This document shows positions 1 through 44,451 of a DNA stretch of 64,000 nt, one piece after another. The notes beneath the pieces were generated by a model, which searched no databases, was not told the DNA's origin, and saw only the letters and a program-made list of their open reading frames with translations. Both the position numbers and the translations under genes were made by a program. This stretch comes from the human T2T-CHM13v2.0 reference genome, Homo sapiens. The stretch's first letter is position 1, and the number at the start of each line of letters is the position of its first letter. The stretch is taken from NCBI RefSeq assembly GCF_009914755.1, contig NC_060925.1, one strand, 5' to 3'.

Positions 1-984
1 GGTAAAATTGGCATCAAGAGCTGGAAGTTGAATGGCCCTTGGGGGCTGTCCCATAGGGCTCCTGACCTTTGGGAAAAGTAAGAGTGGCACATGACTTGTT
101 TCCTCAAGCTGTGGGGTGCTAGAAGAGAGCTACCATACAGTCCATGCCGGGTTGGTTGGCCCATCCGAGTGGGAGGGGAACAATTTGGATTTCTGGCCTG
201 CCCGTTGCACAAGCATAACAATCGCTTTTATTTAGTGTGTCAACAGAATATTTAATCCATTTCAGCCAGGCATTTACATCTTGATACCCGGTTTCTATGG
301 CTATGGTTTGGTTTAAGTCCTTGACTTCTACTCTAGCTACTTTGGTTTTGTCATTGGGCATGAAGAGAGAAATGGTTTGATTTTGTGGGTTTGGGGAGGG
401 CGTAATGGTGGAAGATGGAGGAGGAGGAACAAAGTGCGTTTCGAAGAAGCCTATAGGGTCCTTTCCAGTGACATCTGCTCCTAGGCCATAAAAGCACTCT
501 AAAGTGGGTGTAGGGCTGGTGGAGGTAGGGGTATTAATAAAGATAAGTACTGGGTTGCAATGGTAAGATTGGCAACTAGAGAGGGTGGTTCCTTTGATGA
601 AGTGGAGGTAGGATTTAGGGCGGTGCAACCCTCTGAGGAGGTCCAGCCCTGATACTTAGTAGTCCATATAACATCTCCCCAAGTATAGCAAAACCATCAA
701 TGCTAAGTTCGTGCCCATTCAGTGCAAGAGTTAGTTTTGTAGGCAGTGTAATTTATCCTAGAGGGACAAAGGTACTTTTCTGAAGAGGCTAGCTATCTTT
801 GACTTTGGAGATCCCCACAGGGCATGACAAGACAGGCATTGAATATAATTGTTTGGGGGGAGGGTGATTGGGTTACACTGATGATTAGATGTCCTTGGGT
901 AGCTAAAGGCAGAAGAAAAAGACAGATTAAACCCTTTTGAATGTTAGTTTGGAGACTGTAGGTCCTGGAGTGAAAGTCCATGAC
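1..984 (-). pseudogene. ERV env, disrupted signal peptide and SU region, truncated by the window edge
   Basis: ORF 793..1029 has a hydrophobic signal-like segment (GLICLFLLPLATQG). ORF 119..628 has a proline-rich region and the SU CXXC motif (DCYACATGRP). Lies directly downstream of the integrase. Confidence 0.85.
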
Positions 985-1010
985 TCTCCAAGGGGTGGGG
1001 CCTTTTTTAC

Positions 1011-4000
1011 TCAAGTGTTGTGGGTCCATCCTTTTTCAGCCGTTGGGATTGCTGTTTCAGTGGTTAGGAGTACTAGATAAGGTCCCTCCCAGGTTGGTTT
1101 GAGCTTTCCCTCTTTCCAACTTTTGATAAGGACGTGATCTCCGGGCTGGTGTTGGTGAACTGGGAATTCGAGGGGTGGAGTTTGCGCTAGGAGGCCTTGA
1201 GTCCTGAGGGAGGAAAGGGTGGAAGACAGACCAAGTATATAGTTTTTGAGAAGCTGACCTTTTGTTTCAAATGTGGGAAGGTCAGTAGTGGAATTTAGAT
1301 AAGGCAGCCCGCAGAGCATTTCATAAGGGGACAGGCCAAGATCTTTTCAAGGGACAGTTTGGATTCTTAGTAAGGCCATGGGAAGGCATTTTGTCCATGG
1401 TAACTGGGTTTCCGAGATTAATTTGGTTAGGTGATTTTTTTTTTTTTGAGACAGAGTCTCACTCTGTTGGCCAGGCTGGAGTGCAGTGGCACGATCTCGG
1501 CTCACTGTAACCTCTGTCTCCCAGTCTCAAGCAATTCTTCTTGCCTCAGCCTCCTGAGAAGCTGGGATTACACCGCACCTGGCCTGGTTAGGTGATTTTT
1601 TAGAGTTTGATTCATTCTTTCTACCCTCCCTGATGAGGGGAAGTGCCAGGGAGTATGATATTCCCATTTTATTCCTGTTGCTTGGGTTAGCCCCTTAATG
1701 ATGTGTGCAGTAAAGTGGGTCCCATTGTCTGAATCAATGTTCTCTGTTAGTCCAAACCTGGGTGATATGTTCCAACAGGGCTTTGACTACATTGCTGGCT
1801 ATTGTGCTTGGGAAGGGGATGGCTTCTACCCAGTGGATGCTAGTCTACTATGACTAGCAAATACTTGAGACAGCCTATTGGGGGCATTTCAGTGTGGTCA
1901 ACTTGGACGCTTTAGAACGGCCTCAGCCCTGGGTTTCTTCCCCCGGGAGGCTTGCCTCTTTAGGGTTTGCTTATTAGTTTTTCTGCACACTATGCAACCA
2001 TCCGCCACTTTATCGAGGGTATATATCCCTATACACCCATAGACCCTAAGGGCTGCATTGCATATAGCTCGAGGACCCCAGTGAGTTCCTTGATAAAGCT
2101 GTGACAATACTTCCCTCATGAGGGGTTTAGACAGCATTTCCCTTCCATCTGTTAGTACCCACTTGCCCTTTGGGCTCTCCTTAGCTCCTGTTTTCTTTAG
2201 TTTCTCTTGGTCTGCGTGGGAGAAGATGGGGATTGCAGCTGGAGGGGGAAGAGAAGAAGTTAGATGGAAAATGGGTGACACTTGGGAAGAGGCAGCTTGC
2301 TTAGCTACTTGATCTGCGAGGTTATTTCCCCAGCTTTCAAAAGATGAGTTCTTTTGGTGTTGGTGTTGTGGGACATGGACAACCGCAATCTCTTCCGGCA
2401 GCTGAAGATTTTCTAATACTTGCATAATTAATTCCTTGGGGACCAAATCTTGGCCCTTACTATCGATGAGGCCTTGTTCAATCCAGATCTTTCCAAAGGT
2501 ATGGACTACTCAGAAGGCATACTTGGAGTCAATGTAAATAGTTCCTTCCTGATTCTGCAGGTATTTTAAGGCTTGGTTTAATGCAAAGAGTTAACATGCT
2601 TGGGCAAACCAGTTATTTGGCAGTCTTCCTGACTCTACCTCTGTGAGGGTTTCCCCACCAACTATGGAGTACCCGTTGTGCCTTTTTGCTTCAATGACCT
2701 AGGAGGAGCCATCTATAAAGAGATGACCCTCTATTTGGAAAGGGGTTTCACTTAGATCCACTCTGACTCTAGTTTGATAACTGATTAAATCTAAGCATTT
2801 ATGCTCAGGTTCTTCCTGGTTTGGATTTCCTGTTAGGAAAGCAGTGGGGTTGAGTGAATTGTCAGTGGTTAGTGTTAGGTTATCCCTCTCTAATAAGATA
2901 GCTTCATATTTTAAAATTCTTGAGTCAATGAGCCATCTCCCTGCCTTCTGATTAAGAACGGTTCTCACTTGATGAGGGACACTTATGATGAGGTTTCCTC
3001 CAAAGGTTATTTTCCTGCTTTCTTCTGTTAGCAAGGGAGTTGCTGCTATGGATTGGACACATTCGGGCCATCCACAGGTTACTGGGTCAAGGATTTTTGA
3101 CAGGAAGGCTATGGGCTGCCCGTGGCCTCCGTGTTTTTGGGTGAGTACCCCTAAGGCCACTCCTTTGCTTACATTAACAAAAAGGTGGAATGGCTGTTCT
3201 AAGGAGGGCAAGGCTAGAATGGGGGCAGTTACAAGCAGGTGTTTTAATTATTTTACCTATTGGATCTCTGATAGGGTCCAAAGGAGCAGGTCTGCTCCTT
3301 CTTGAGTGAGTTTTTATATAGGGGCTTTGTTTTTAAGGCATAAGAGTCAATCCACAGATGGCAATATCTGACCAATCCTAAGAATTTCCTAAGTTCCTGC
3401 TTTGTTTCAGGTAAAGGCAAAGATATGATATCTTCAATTCGTTTGGGCTCTATCTTTTGCTTACCTTTGCTGATTAGGTGTCCTAGATATTTTACCTCAG
3501 GTCCTACGACTTGAAGTTTGTTCTTTGAGACCTGTAACCCTTGTTCCCTCAGGAAATTTAGGAAGTTAACTGAAATTGCTGTTACTTGATCCTTGTTATC
3601 TCCTGAAATGAGCAGGTCATCTACATATTGGCATATGGATGAAGGCAGGGAGAAGTTTCCAAGACTTGTTCTAAAATTTGACCAAATAGATTTGGGGACT
3701 TTGTAAACCCTTGGGGCAAGACTGTCCATTGGTACTGCTGTTTTTGACCGGAGTGAGGTCCCACTCACAGGCAAACATGTCCTGGCTGTCCTCTGCTAAA
3801 AGGCAAGCCCAAAAGGCATCTTTTAAATCTACCACCGTGAACCGCTGGTGGTTGTGAGGGATTCTACTGACATTGGTGTAAGGATTGGGAACAACAGTGT
3901 GGGTGGTCTGAACTATTTGATTAATAGCCCGGAGATCTTGCACTAGCCAGTATGACCCGTCTGGCTTCCTTACAGTGTTATAAGGGGACATACAGGGTTT

Positions 4001-4569
4001 AAGGAGTCCGTCATGGACAAGGCTTTCAATTAGAGGTTTTAAACCTATCCTGGCTTCCAAGGGAATAGGGTATTGTTCTCTTCTCACTACTTCCCCAGGA
4101 GTTTTTAATTTGACATGGATTAGAGTAACCCGTAGCTTTCCTCGATTTCCTTCCTTCGACCATATGTTGGGATGGATGTGGCTTTCTTCTGAAGTGGTGA
4201 GCAGGTTTAAGGAAGTAAGGAGCTTTTCCTGATTAACATATAGGCCTATGCCTAATCTTAACATTAAGTCCCTTCCTAATAAATTAGTTCCTGCTTCAGG
4301 AATTAACAAGAACTTAGTAGTAACCAACTTATTCTTATATTTGACTTCGGTTTCCTCTAGAGTTTTTGCCCTGAACCCTCCCCTTTAACTCCTGAGACAG
4401 TATGGTCTTCTGCTGACCAGGCTAAACCTGATGGGAGAAAACATAGCGGGAAGCAAGCCGCTCCCGAATCTACTAAGAAAGTGACTGTCTCCGATTTGGG
4501 TCCCACTGTTAAACTTATCAAGGGCTCTTGGTGGGACACGAGATGGAAGATGTAGAGCCCCTGACCCCC
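1011..4569 (-). pseudogene. ERV pro-pol, disrupted (protease, RT, RNase H, integrase)
   Basis: Protease FLVDSGA and NLLGRDL; RT VQDLRAIN, VDLKDAF and QYVDDLL; RNase H LFIDGSS and GNNLAD; integrase zinc-finger remnant (THWG...CIVC) and GPY/F module WEGPYLVLL. Spread over several frames and interrupted by an Alu at 1440-1584. Confidence 0.93.
1440..1584 (-). mobile_element. Internally deleted Alu inserted in ERV integrase
   Basis: Flanked by TSD TGGTTAGGTGATTTTT (1424-1439 and 1585-1600). The right arm joins directly to the Alu 5' tip. Confidence 0.9.
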
Positions 4570-6160
4570 CTATTCTTCAAACGTCATGAGTGGAAGGACT
4601 TTCTTTTCCCTCTCCCATTTGGGACATTTCCTCTTAGAATGTCCTGGCTTTCCACACCTGAAACATCTGTTTTCCCTTCTTCCCCTCCCTGTTCCCTGAC
4701 TCTTGGTTTTCATCCCTTTGCTTCCTGTATAGGGTCTGGCAGCCAGGGTACTTAGAAGGTTTACAAGTTCTAGTTCCCTGGGCTCCCTGTTGAAGAGTTC
4801 CCTGTTGTAGGGTGTACAGCATAATTTTTGCATCTTGCTTCTGCCTTTCCTCATCCCTTCATACATATACCTCTTGGGCCTCTCTTAAAAGTTCTTCTAT
4901 GGGACGGTCTTTCCAATATTCTATCTTTTATAATTTCTTTGTAATGTCTGGCCAACTATTGGTGACAAAGTGGAGCTTTAACATCCCTTGTCCCATTGGA
5001 TCCTCTATGTCCAAACTTGCATATTTCCTTATCTGTTCCTTAAATCTGTTCAAGAATTCCATGGGTCCTTCATCTTTCCCTTGTTGTATATTAAATGCTC
5101 GGGAAATATCTTGGGTTTGAGGAATGGCTTCCCAAATCCCTTTAATTATCATATCTCTGAGATCTCTCATGTTTTCTTGGTGGGCCGCACTGTTATTATT
5201 CCATTGAGGATCCTGGGCTGGGAATTTATGCTCCACTGCAAGGACATTTTGACAAGAGGGGTGCTTGTGCTCCTAGACTATCACAGCGGCCCTGCGGATC
5301 ATGGTTCTTTCCTAAGAAAAGAATACCTAGAATAGACATTACTTCAGCCCAAGTGTACAGTTGTGGCCCCAGAAATTGGTAAATTTGATCTGCGACTCCA
5401 AAAGAGTCATCTAACTGGTTTGAGTTCCTTTTCTTTAGATTTCTAACCTCTGAACTGGTTAAGGGGGCATTTATGAAGCCAATATCCCCTCCTCCTAGTG
5501 GTTATTTCCCTTAAGGGAAAAAGAGTTGGGGCACACTTCTTTGAGGAAGAGGGGAAACGAAAGTTTTGAATATCCCTTGGCATTGTTCTATTTCCCGTTG
5601 GAACTTTCCTGAGGAAGGGGCATGTTCGGGTGGCTGTCCAATGGGGGTGTGGGGTGTCAAGGCCCATGGGGCAGGGTTATATGGGGGAGGGACTGAGTGT
5701 TCAGCTTGGGGCAGAGGGTTAGGCGGGAGAAGGTGGTCTAGAGGATCCCATGCATCTTTAGATAGGGGATATGACTTAGCTAGGTCGTCTTTGGGGGATT
5801 TTAAGTTTGGCTTTGCTTTTTCGTCCTTTAGGGGATAGAGAAGGAGAGGTCCTTGTCTCCAACATAGAGCATAATCTATCTCCTCTTGAGAAACTGGACT
5901 TTTATCATTGACATATTGGATCAGGAGTTGGCATATCCAGTCCTTGTTCAACCCAAACTTTGGCCAAAAGACCAAAGGTCTGAGGATGGGTTCCTTAGTC
6001 CAAATAAAACAGCAATACTTTATCATTTGTTGTCTTTTCTTGTGTTTGGTCCTTTCATTATCCTTGCAGTATTTTAACATAAGGCCTAGGGGCCTGTCGG
6101 GGGAATTTTATTGTCTGCTTGGCCTCTTATAGTCCCTGTCTTACTTGGGGTATTTCCCAT
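4570..6160 (-). pseudogene. ERV gag, disrupted
   Basis: ATG at 6160 reads MGNTPSK (Gly2 myristoylation type). PPPY late domain (HSVPPPYNP), major-homology-like QQGKDEGPMEFLNR, intact zinc knuckle CFRCGKPGHSKRKC, TAG stop at 4570-4572. Confidence 0.92.
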
Positions 6161-6257
6161 CCTGGGGGCTGATGAGGCTCAATCTCTTGTATTAGAGATT
6201 TCTTGCACTCCCATATCCTAAAGGTTCAACCTCCCCTTTTCCCACTGGAGGTTTCTT

Positions 6258-6895
<638 letters not shown>

Positions 6896-7161
6896 CCCAC
6901 TGGAGGTTTCTTGCACTCTCGTGAGCACTCACTTCGTCCTTATTGGCTAATTCCCTTGTGAGAATTTTAGGCCCCTGTTAGCATTGGCAGGTCAGTATAA
7001 TCCCCCAACTGGAAAACGGCCCTAAGCCGTATGAGGTGACCATGGAACCAAGTCTGGACTCTGCACTCGCATCACCCGCAATGGCGCATCTCACTTACAC
7101 ACTTTCAACCTCCAGAGACCCTGACTACCAAGGAATACTTTGTTGCCCCAGTAGGGACATT

Positions 7162-7170
7162 TCTTACCTT
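7162..7170 (-). promoter_or_regulatory. Putative major splice donor of the ERV leader
   Basis: Minus strand AAG|GTAAGA about 200 nt downstream of the PBS, the usual position in gammaretroviruses. Confidence 0.6.
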
Positions 7171-7364
7171 GGTCTGTGCACAGAGTTATCTGGTCACCAT
7201 GGAGTTCTTAAGGATCCTCCCTACTGCCCACGTTGCTGAGAGTCTGTATTTATTTGTCACTTCCTGGGGGAATCAATCCTCCACTCCTGGGGCCACCACA
7301 ATGAGGCAGTGGGATGCATCTCCCCATAAAAGATAATTGCTAGCCACTCCCAAAGGAGAATGGG

Positions 7365-7382
7365 ATCCCAGATGAGCCCCCA
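7365..7382 (-). promoter_or_regulatory. Primer binding site complementary to tRNA-Pro
   Basis: Plus strand ATCCCAGATGAGCCCCCA matches the tRNA-Pro 3' end ATCCCGGACGAGCCCCCA at 16/18. Both mismatches are CpG-type transitions. It sits 4 nt from the LTR end. Confidence 0.9.
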
Positions 7383-7386
7383 AATT

Positions 7387-7757
7387 TGTTGGAAACAAGT
7401 GGTTGGCATAGCCAAAAGAAACCTGCACTTAGACAGAAAATTTCTCAGCAAGGCATCTTTACTTCTGCAAAAGGGTGCTGCTTGCACCTGTTACAATCAC
7501 AAGAGCACACCAAACAAAGGAGGGAAGGAGTTTTTAATCCTAATGCAGTCCCTGTGTCTGTGTCCTTCCCGTATTGGCTGGGGTTGGACCACAAAATCTA
7601 AGCTGATCCTAATTGGCTAAGACTTAAACTTTTCCAAATAGCATAAATGCATGATTTGTGAAAAGAAGAAGGAAATGGGGGGTAGGATTGATTTACAACT
7701 TCTGTAACTTGTGACCGGGAAGTTGAGTCTTTGAAGAAGAACTTAGTTGTCCCAACG
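7387..7757 (-). mobile_element. 5' LTR of the provirus (about 370 bp; LTR10/LTR76-like group, subfamily unverified)
   Basis: Minus-strand termini (C)GTTGG...CCAACA next to the PBS; two CCAAT boxes (ATTGG at 7573 and 7612 on plus), TATA-like ATTAAAA (7532-7538) and AGTAAA polyA signal (7458-7463), in the expected order. Confidence 0.85.
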
Positions 7758-7759
7758 TT

Positions 7760-8572
7760 GCCAGTATATTCTTCCAATTTGTGGTTTATCTATACCTTTT
7801 ATTTATTGTCTCTTGTTGAACAAAAGTTCATAATTTTAGCAATTTATCAGACTATTTATGTTTTGCACTTTTGGTGTGTGCTTAAGAATGTCTTCCCTCC
7901 CCGATATCATAGAAATGTTATATTTTCTTCTAAAAGTATTATATTCCATCACATTTAATTCTTTCAGTCACTAGGGATTAATTTTTGTGTACAGATTGGG
8001 ATAGGGATCCAATTTCTTTTTTTGTTTTTCCTTATGTATAATCTGTTGTCATAACACTCACTATGTATTCAATAGATCATATTTCCCAGCTGATCTGCAG
8101 TATCAGCTCTCCCATGTAATGTTTTCCTTTGGGCTAGGATCAATTCTCTATTTAATTCTATTGCTCTATTCACCCATGCCTTACTGTTTTAATTGCTGTA
8201 GCTTTGTGATAAGTCTTGATATCTGGTAGGACAAGTTTCCCTATCTTGTTCTTCGTCTTCAGTGGTGTCTTAGCTATTCTTGGTACTCTTGGTTCTTTCA
8301 CATAGATTTTAGAATCAGCCTGTTAAATTTTACACACATACACACACACACACACACACACGTGGGGTTTTATTAGAGTTCCTATAAATCTATATGAGAA
8401 TTTGGAGAGAACAACTTCATAATATTGAGTGTTCTTATCCATTAACAAAATTAAATTTTAGACATTTTTAGTTTCAGAAGTTTATCCATAATAATATTAT
8501 ATAGCTTTTATTCAATTTATTCCTGAATATTTTTTTCTTTGTGCCATTGTAAATTATATCTTTTTAAGGATT
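7760..8572 (-). mobile_element. Old L1 (L1M-type) ORF2/3' fragment, antisense, containing a (CA)n tract at about 8331-8361
   Basis: AT-rich degenerate antisense L1 motifs (GTCTTGATATCTGGTAG, TTTTAGAATCAGC). Confidence 0.65.
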
Positions 8573-8576
8573 ACAG

Positions 8577-10205
<1,629 letters not shown>

Positions 10206-10222
10206 TATTTCTTCTTGTTTTG

Positions 10223-14260
<4,038 letters not shown>

Positions 14261-14421
14261 GTTGCCTTAATATCTTGTGAAACAGTACTATGAAGATATC
14301 ATTCTAAATCCAGTTCCTTTCTATACTTGACTTTAATGGATATTATAGTTTAAAAAGATAACTTGGAAAAAGATCCATGAATCCTTTCAGTCCTGATACT
14401 AAAAGATGTGAGTAACTAACT

Positions 14422-14994
14422 GCTATTAGCTATCTACTGCTATGTAACAATAATACCACAAATGTAATGGTTTAAAACAACACATCTTTACTATCTCAGT
14501 GAGTCAGGAGTCCTAGCATGCCTTAACTTGGTCCTCTGCTTCAGGGTCTCACAAAGCTATAAACAGCTTGTCTGCCAGGGCTGCTAGCTCATCTGAGGCA
14601 CGACTGGATACAGATTCACTTTCAAGCACTTGTGGTTGTTGGCAGCATTGAGTTCCTTGCAGGCTGTGGGATTGAGGGCTCCTGTTTCTTGCTGGCTGTC
14701 AGCAGGAGGCTGCCCTCAGCTCTGCCACGTGGCCCTATGGCAGCACATAACATGGCATCTTGCTTCTTCCAGGCCAGCAAAGGAGAGATAGAATCTCCTA
14801 GCAAGATATTTAGAATTTTATGTAATATAATCACATACAGAAGACCACATACATTCAGTCACCTTTGCCATGTTCTATTGGTTGGAAGAAAGTCAGAGGT
14901 CCCACCCACACTCAAAGGGAGGGAACCACATAAGGCAGTGAACACTGAGATAAGGCAGGGATCATGGAGACGACCCTAGAGTCTGTCCCCGACA
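14422..14994 (-). mobile_element. MLT1-family MaLR solo LTR
   Basis: TATTAGCTATCTACTGCTATGTAACA...TTAAAACAACA...CTGCTTCAGGGTCTCACAA...CACACTCAAAGGGAGGG is typical of antisense MLT1. Confidence 0.75.
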
Positions 14995-14995
14995 C

Positions 14996-20265
<5,270 letters not shown>

Positions 20266-20376
20266 TTATGCTCATGTCAGAAAGTTATTACAACTATGTC
20301 TCTTATAGCTGTTTTTGTTTTGTCAAACCAATATCCCATTAAAGTTCATCCATTGGGTTTAGTTTTACCTCATTAG

Positions 20377-22213
<1,837 letters not shown>

Positions 22214-22355
22214 CCAAAGATTTGTTTTTCTCTTTGCAAGTAGCAACAAAATAATCTCTGGGTGATGCTTTGGCACAGTGCAGATACTCTGTTCCCTCAA
22301 AGCCTTTCACCCAGTGGTTTTAGCATCTAATGATTGCTCTTGCCTTAATTAATTA

Positions 22356-23300
22356 CAGTCATGTGACACATAAACATACCATATGCATGATGGTGGTCCC
22401 GTAAGATTATAAAGGAGCTGAAAAATGTCTATTGCCTAATGACATTGTAGGCCATTGTAATTTTTTTTTTAATCCAGAATTTTTTTATTATACTTTAAGT
22501 TTTAGGGTACATGTGCACAAAGTGCAGGTTTGTTACATATGTATACATGTCCCATGTTGGTGTGCTGCACCCACAAACTCGTCATTTACATTAGGTATAT
22601 CTCCTAATGCTATCCCTCCCCCCTCCCCCCACCCCACAACAGGCCCCGGTGTGTGATGTTCCCCAACCTGTGTCCAAGTGTTCTCATTGTTCAATTCTCA
22701 CCTATGAGTGAGAACATGCGGTGTTTGGTTTTTTGTCCTTGTGATAGTTTGCTGAGGCCATTGTAATGTTGTAGCACAAGTACTTTATTATTTATTTATT
22801 TGTTTGTTTATTTATTTATTTTGAGATGGAGTCTCGCTCTGTCCCCCAGGCTGGAGTACAGCAGCGCGAACTCAGCTCACTGCAAGCTCCGCCTCCCAGG
22901 TTCATGCCATTCTCCTGCTTCAGCCTCCTGAGTAGCTGGGACTACAGGCGCCCGCCACCACACCCGGCTAATTTTTTGTATTTTTAGCAGAGACAGGGTT
23001 TCACCGTGTTAGCCAGGATGGTCTTCACCTCCTGACCTTGTGATCCGCCCACCTCGGCCTCCCAAAGTGCTGGGATTACAGGTGTGAGCCACCACGCCCG
23101 GCCACAAGTACTTTATTTTTAAAGTAAATTTAGTGTAGCTTAAGTGTATATTATTTATAAAGACTACAGTAGTATACAGTAATGTTCTAGGCCCTCACAT
23201 TCACTTGCCACTCACTAACTGACTCATGCAGAGCAATTTCCAGTCCTACAAGCTCATTCATGGTACGTACCCTATACACATGTGCCATTTTTAATCTTTA
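22356..23300 (+). mobile_element. Tigger3 (GOLEM)-type DNA transposon interrupted by an L1PA 3' end and an AluY
   Basis: Starts CAGTCATG; contains GGTGGTCCCGTAAGATTATAA, TTGCCTAATGAC and CTAGGCCCTCACATTCAC. The AluY at about 22790-23102 has TSD CACAAGTACTTTATT. Confidence 0.8.
22462..22756 (-). mobile_element. 5'-truncated L1PA 3' UTR (about 295 bp)
   Basis: TTATACTTTAAGTTTTAGGGTACATGTGCAC...CACCTATGAGTGAGAACATGCGG; TSD AGGCCATTGTAAT at 22449-22461 and 22755-22767. Confidence 0.93.
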
Positions 23301-23304
23301 AAAA

Positions 23305-25985
<2,681 letters not shown>

Positions 25986-26244
25986 TAAGGGGGAGATAGA
26001 TAATGACAACACCATACACAAAATGCAATGATTGAATTGTGTATTGGAGTCTGTGGGTGGGGCGGGTGAAATCATGGAGAGATGCAGGGCAGGAGAATGA
26101 AACTTTGGTCTGCATAACTGCATGCTCTATCTGCAGCACTAGCAAAGAAAAGTTCTCCAGGCAGCTGATGCTTTGATACCACATGTAAGTGCCCAGCTTC
26201 TGTTCTGCAATATAGACTGCTGCGGTGTTGACTCCTGCTAATGA

Positions 26245-38550
<12,306 letters not shown>

Positions 38551-38557
38551 ATTTTAA

Positions 38558-42798
<4,241 letters not shown>

Positions 42799-43065
42799 TC
42801 CCCTTCTATATTGAGTGTTTAACAGGAAGAGCAGAAAGTCCCTAGGAAGTGGACTTCTTGGGAGAATTTGTGCTGGGGCTGCTTGTTTCCCTGGGAGATG
42901 ACTGTGCTTTGCATGGGACATGAAAAAGTGAAGGACTAAGCTTCAATTATGGGAACTCTGGCCTGGGCATCCTTGACTGAGCTTAGTACTGAGGGAAATT
43001 GTCCTCCTTCAAAAAAATCTCTGTTGAATCAGAAGGACCTTTCTTGAAAGTAATGTTATGTGGTT

Positions 43066-43463
43066 TGTGTTAGTCTGCTTGGGCTACCATAACAAAAGAA
43101 CACAGATTAGGTGGCTTAAACAACAGAAATTTATTTTTTTCACAGTTCTAGAGGCTGAACATCCAAAATCAAGGTTCTAGCCAATTTGGATTCTGGTGGG
43201 GGCACTCTTCCTGGCCCATAGACAGCTGTCTTCTCACTATGTTCTCACATGGCCCTCCTCAGTACATGTGCCTCGAGAGAGGGTGAGTGCTCTGGTGTCT
43301 CCGCTTATAAGGACATTAATCTCATAGGATTAGGGCCCTACCCTTAAAACCTCATTTAAGTTTAATTACTTCCTTAGAGGCCTCATCTCCAAATACAGCC
43401 ACACTAGGTGTTAGGACTTTGACGTACAAATCTGGGGGAGACACAAACATTCAGTCCATAATA
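43066..43463 (-). mobile_element. MLT1A-type MaLR solo LTR
   Basis: TGTGTTAGTCTGCTTGGGCTACCATAACAAAA...GGCTTAAACAACAGAAATTTATT...CACAAACATTCAGTCCATAA. Confidence 0.85.
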
Positions 43464-43544
43464 TGGTCCCAGGGAGCAAAGATGCCAATGGACTGATCTA
43501 ATTATAGCTGAATTTGGCTATGGAAGTTGGACTGATCTTCCTGA

Positions 43545-44052
43545 AGTAGATTTCAAAGACAGCCACAAGTTCTTCCCCTCCCTGAATCTATTCCCCCTTG
43601 CCATGTAACTTTAGTCCCTGGCCACACTGACTTGCTTTGGCAATGACACAGTTGCTAATGTGGCATCAACAGAGATTTGAAAAGTGCTTTCACATTGCGG
43701 CTCGCTGTCTCTTCCTCCTCACAGGACCCCCTACCACTGCTGTCATGTGAAGAAGTCCAAGTAAGCCTGAAGGATGGTGAGAGCTATATGGGTTAGTCAT
43801 TCCCACTGCCATGGCCAATGGCCTGCCAATTGCCATATGTGTGACAGAAGCCATTTTAGATGACTTAGCCACCAGCCAGCCAGCCCTCAGCCGACTGCAG
43901 ATGCATAAGCAAGCCTAGCAGTGATTAGATAAACTGGACCAGACCATAAGAACTGCCCAGTTGGCTCACAAAAATGTCAGCTAAATAAATGGTTGTTGTT
44001 TTAAGCCACAAGTTTTGAGACAGTTTGTTATATGACAATAGATAACTGCTAT
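43545..44052 (+). mobile_element. MLT1 (G/H-like) MaLR LTR
   Basis: CAAAGACAGCCACAAGTTCTT...AATAAATGGTTGTTGTTTTAAGCCAC...TTTGTTAT...CAATAGATAACTG. Confidence 0.7.
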
Positions 44053-44288
44053 ACTTACCTTTTTTTTTTTGAGACAGGGTCGCATTCTGTCACCCAAGCT
44101 GGAGTGCAGTTGTGTGATCTTGGCTGACTACAACCTCCATCTCCCACGCTCAAGTGATCCTCCCACTTCAGCCTCCTGAGTAGCTGGGACTACAGGCATG
44201 TGCCACCATGCCCAGCTAGTTTTTGTATTTTTTGTAGAGATGGGGTTTTGCCATGTCACCTAGGCTGGTCTCAAAAATCTTGAGCTCA

Positions 44289-44451
44289 GGGGGGAGGGGG
44301 AAGGGATAGCATTAGGAGATATACCTAATGCTAAATGACGAGTTAATGGGTGCAGCACACCAGCATGGCACATGTATACATATGTAACTAACCTGCACAT
44401 TGTGCACATGTACCCTAAAACTTAAAGTATAATAATAATAATAATTTTAAA
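44289..44451 (+). mobile_element. Very short young L1PA 3' end inserted into an antisense Alu (about 44060-44530)
   Basis: GGGATAGCATTAGGAGATATACCTAATGCTAAATGACGAG...ACCCTAAAACTTAAAGTATAATAA; TSD AAAAATCTTG(A/G)GCTCA at 44273-44288 and 44452-44467. Confidence 0.93.

Noticed and set aside
1-1029. Possible domesticated (syncytin-like) env gene
   Set aside because: The env frame is broken into separate short ORFs by stops and frameshifts within SU.
7365-7382. tRNA-Pro-like sequence
   Set aside because: Only the 18-nt 3' end including CCA; it is the retroviral PBS, not a tRNA gene.
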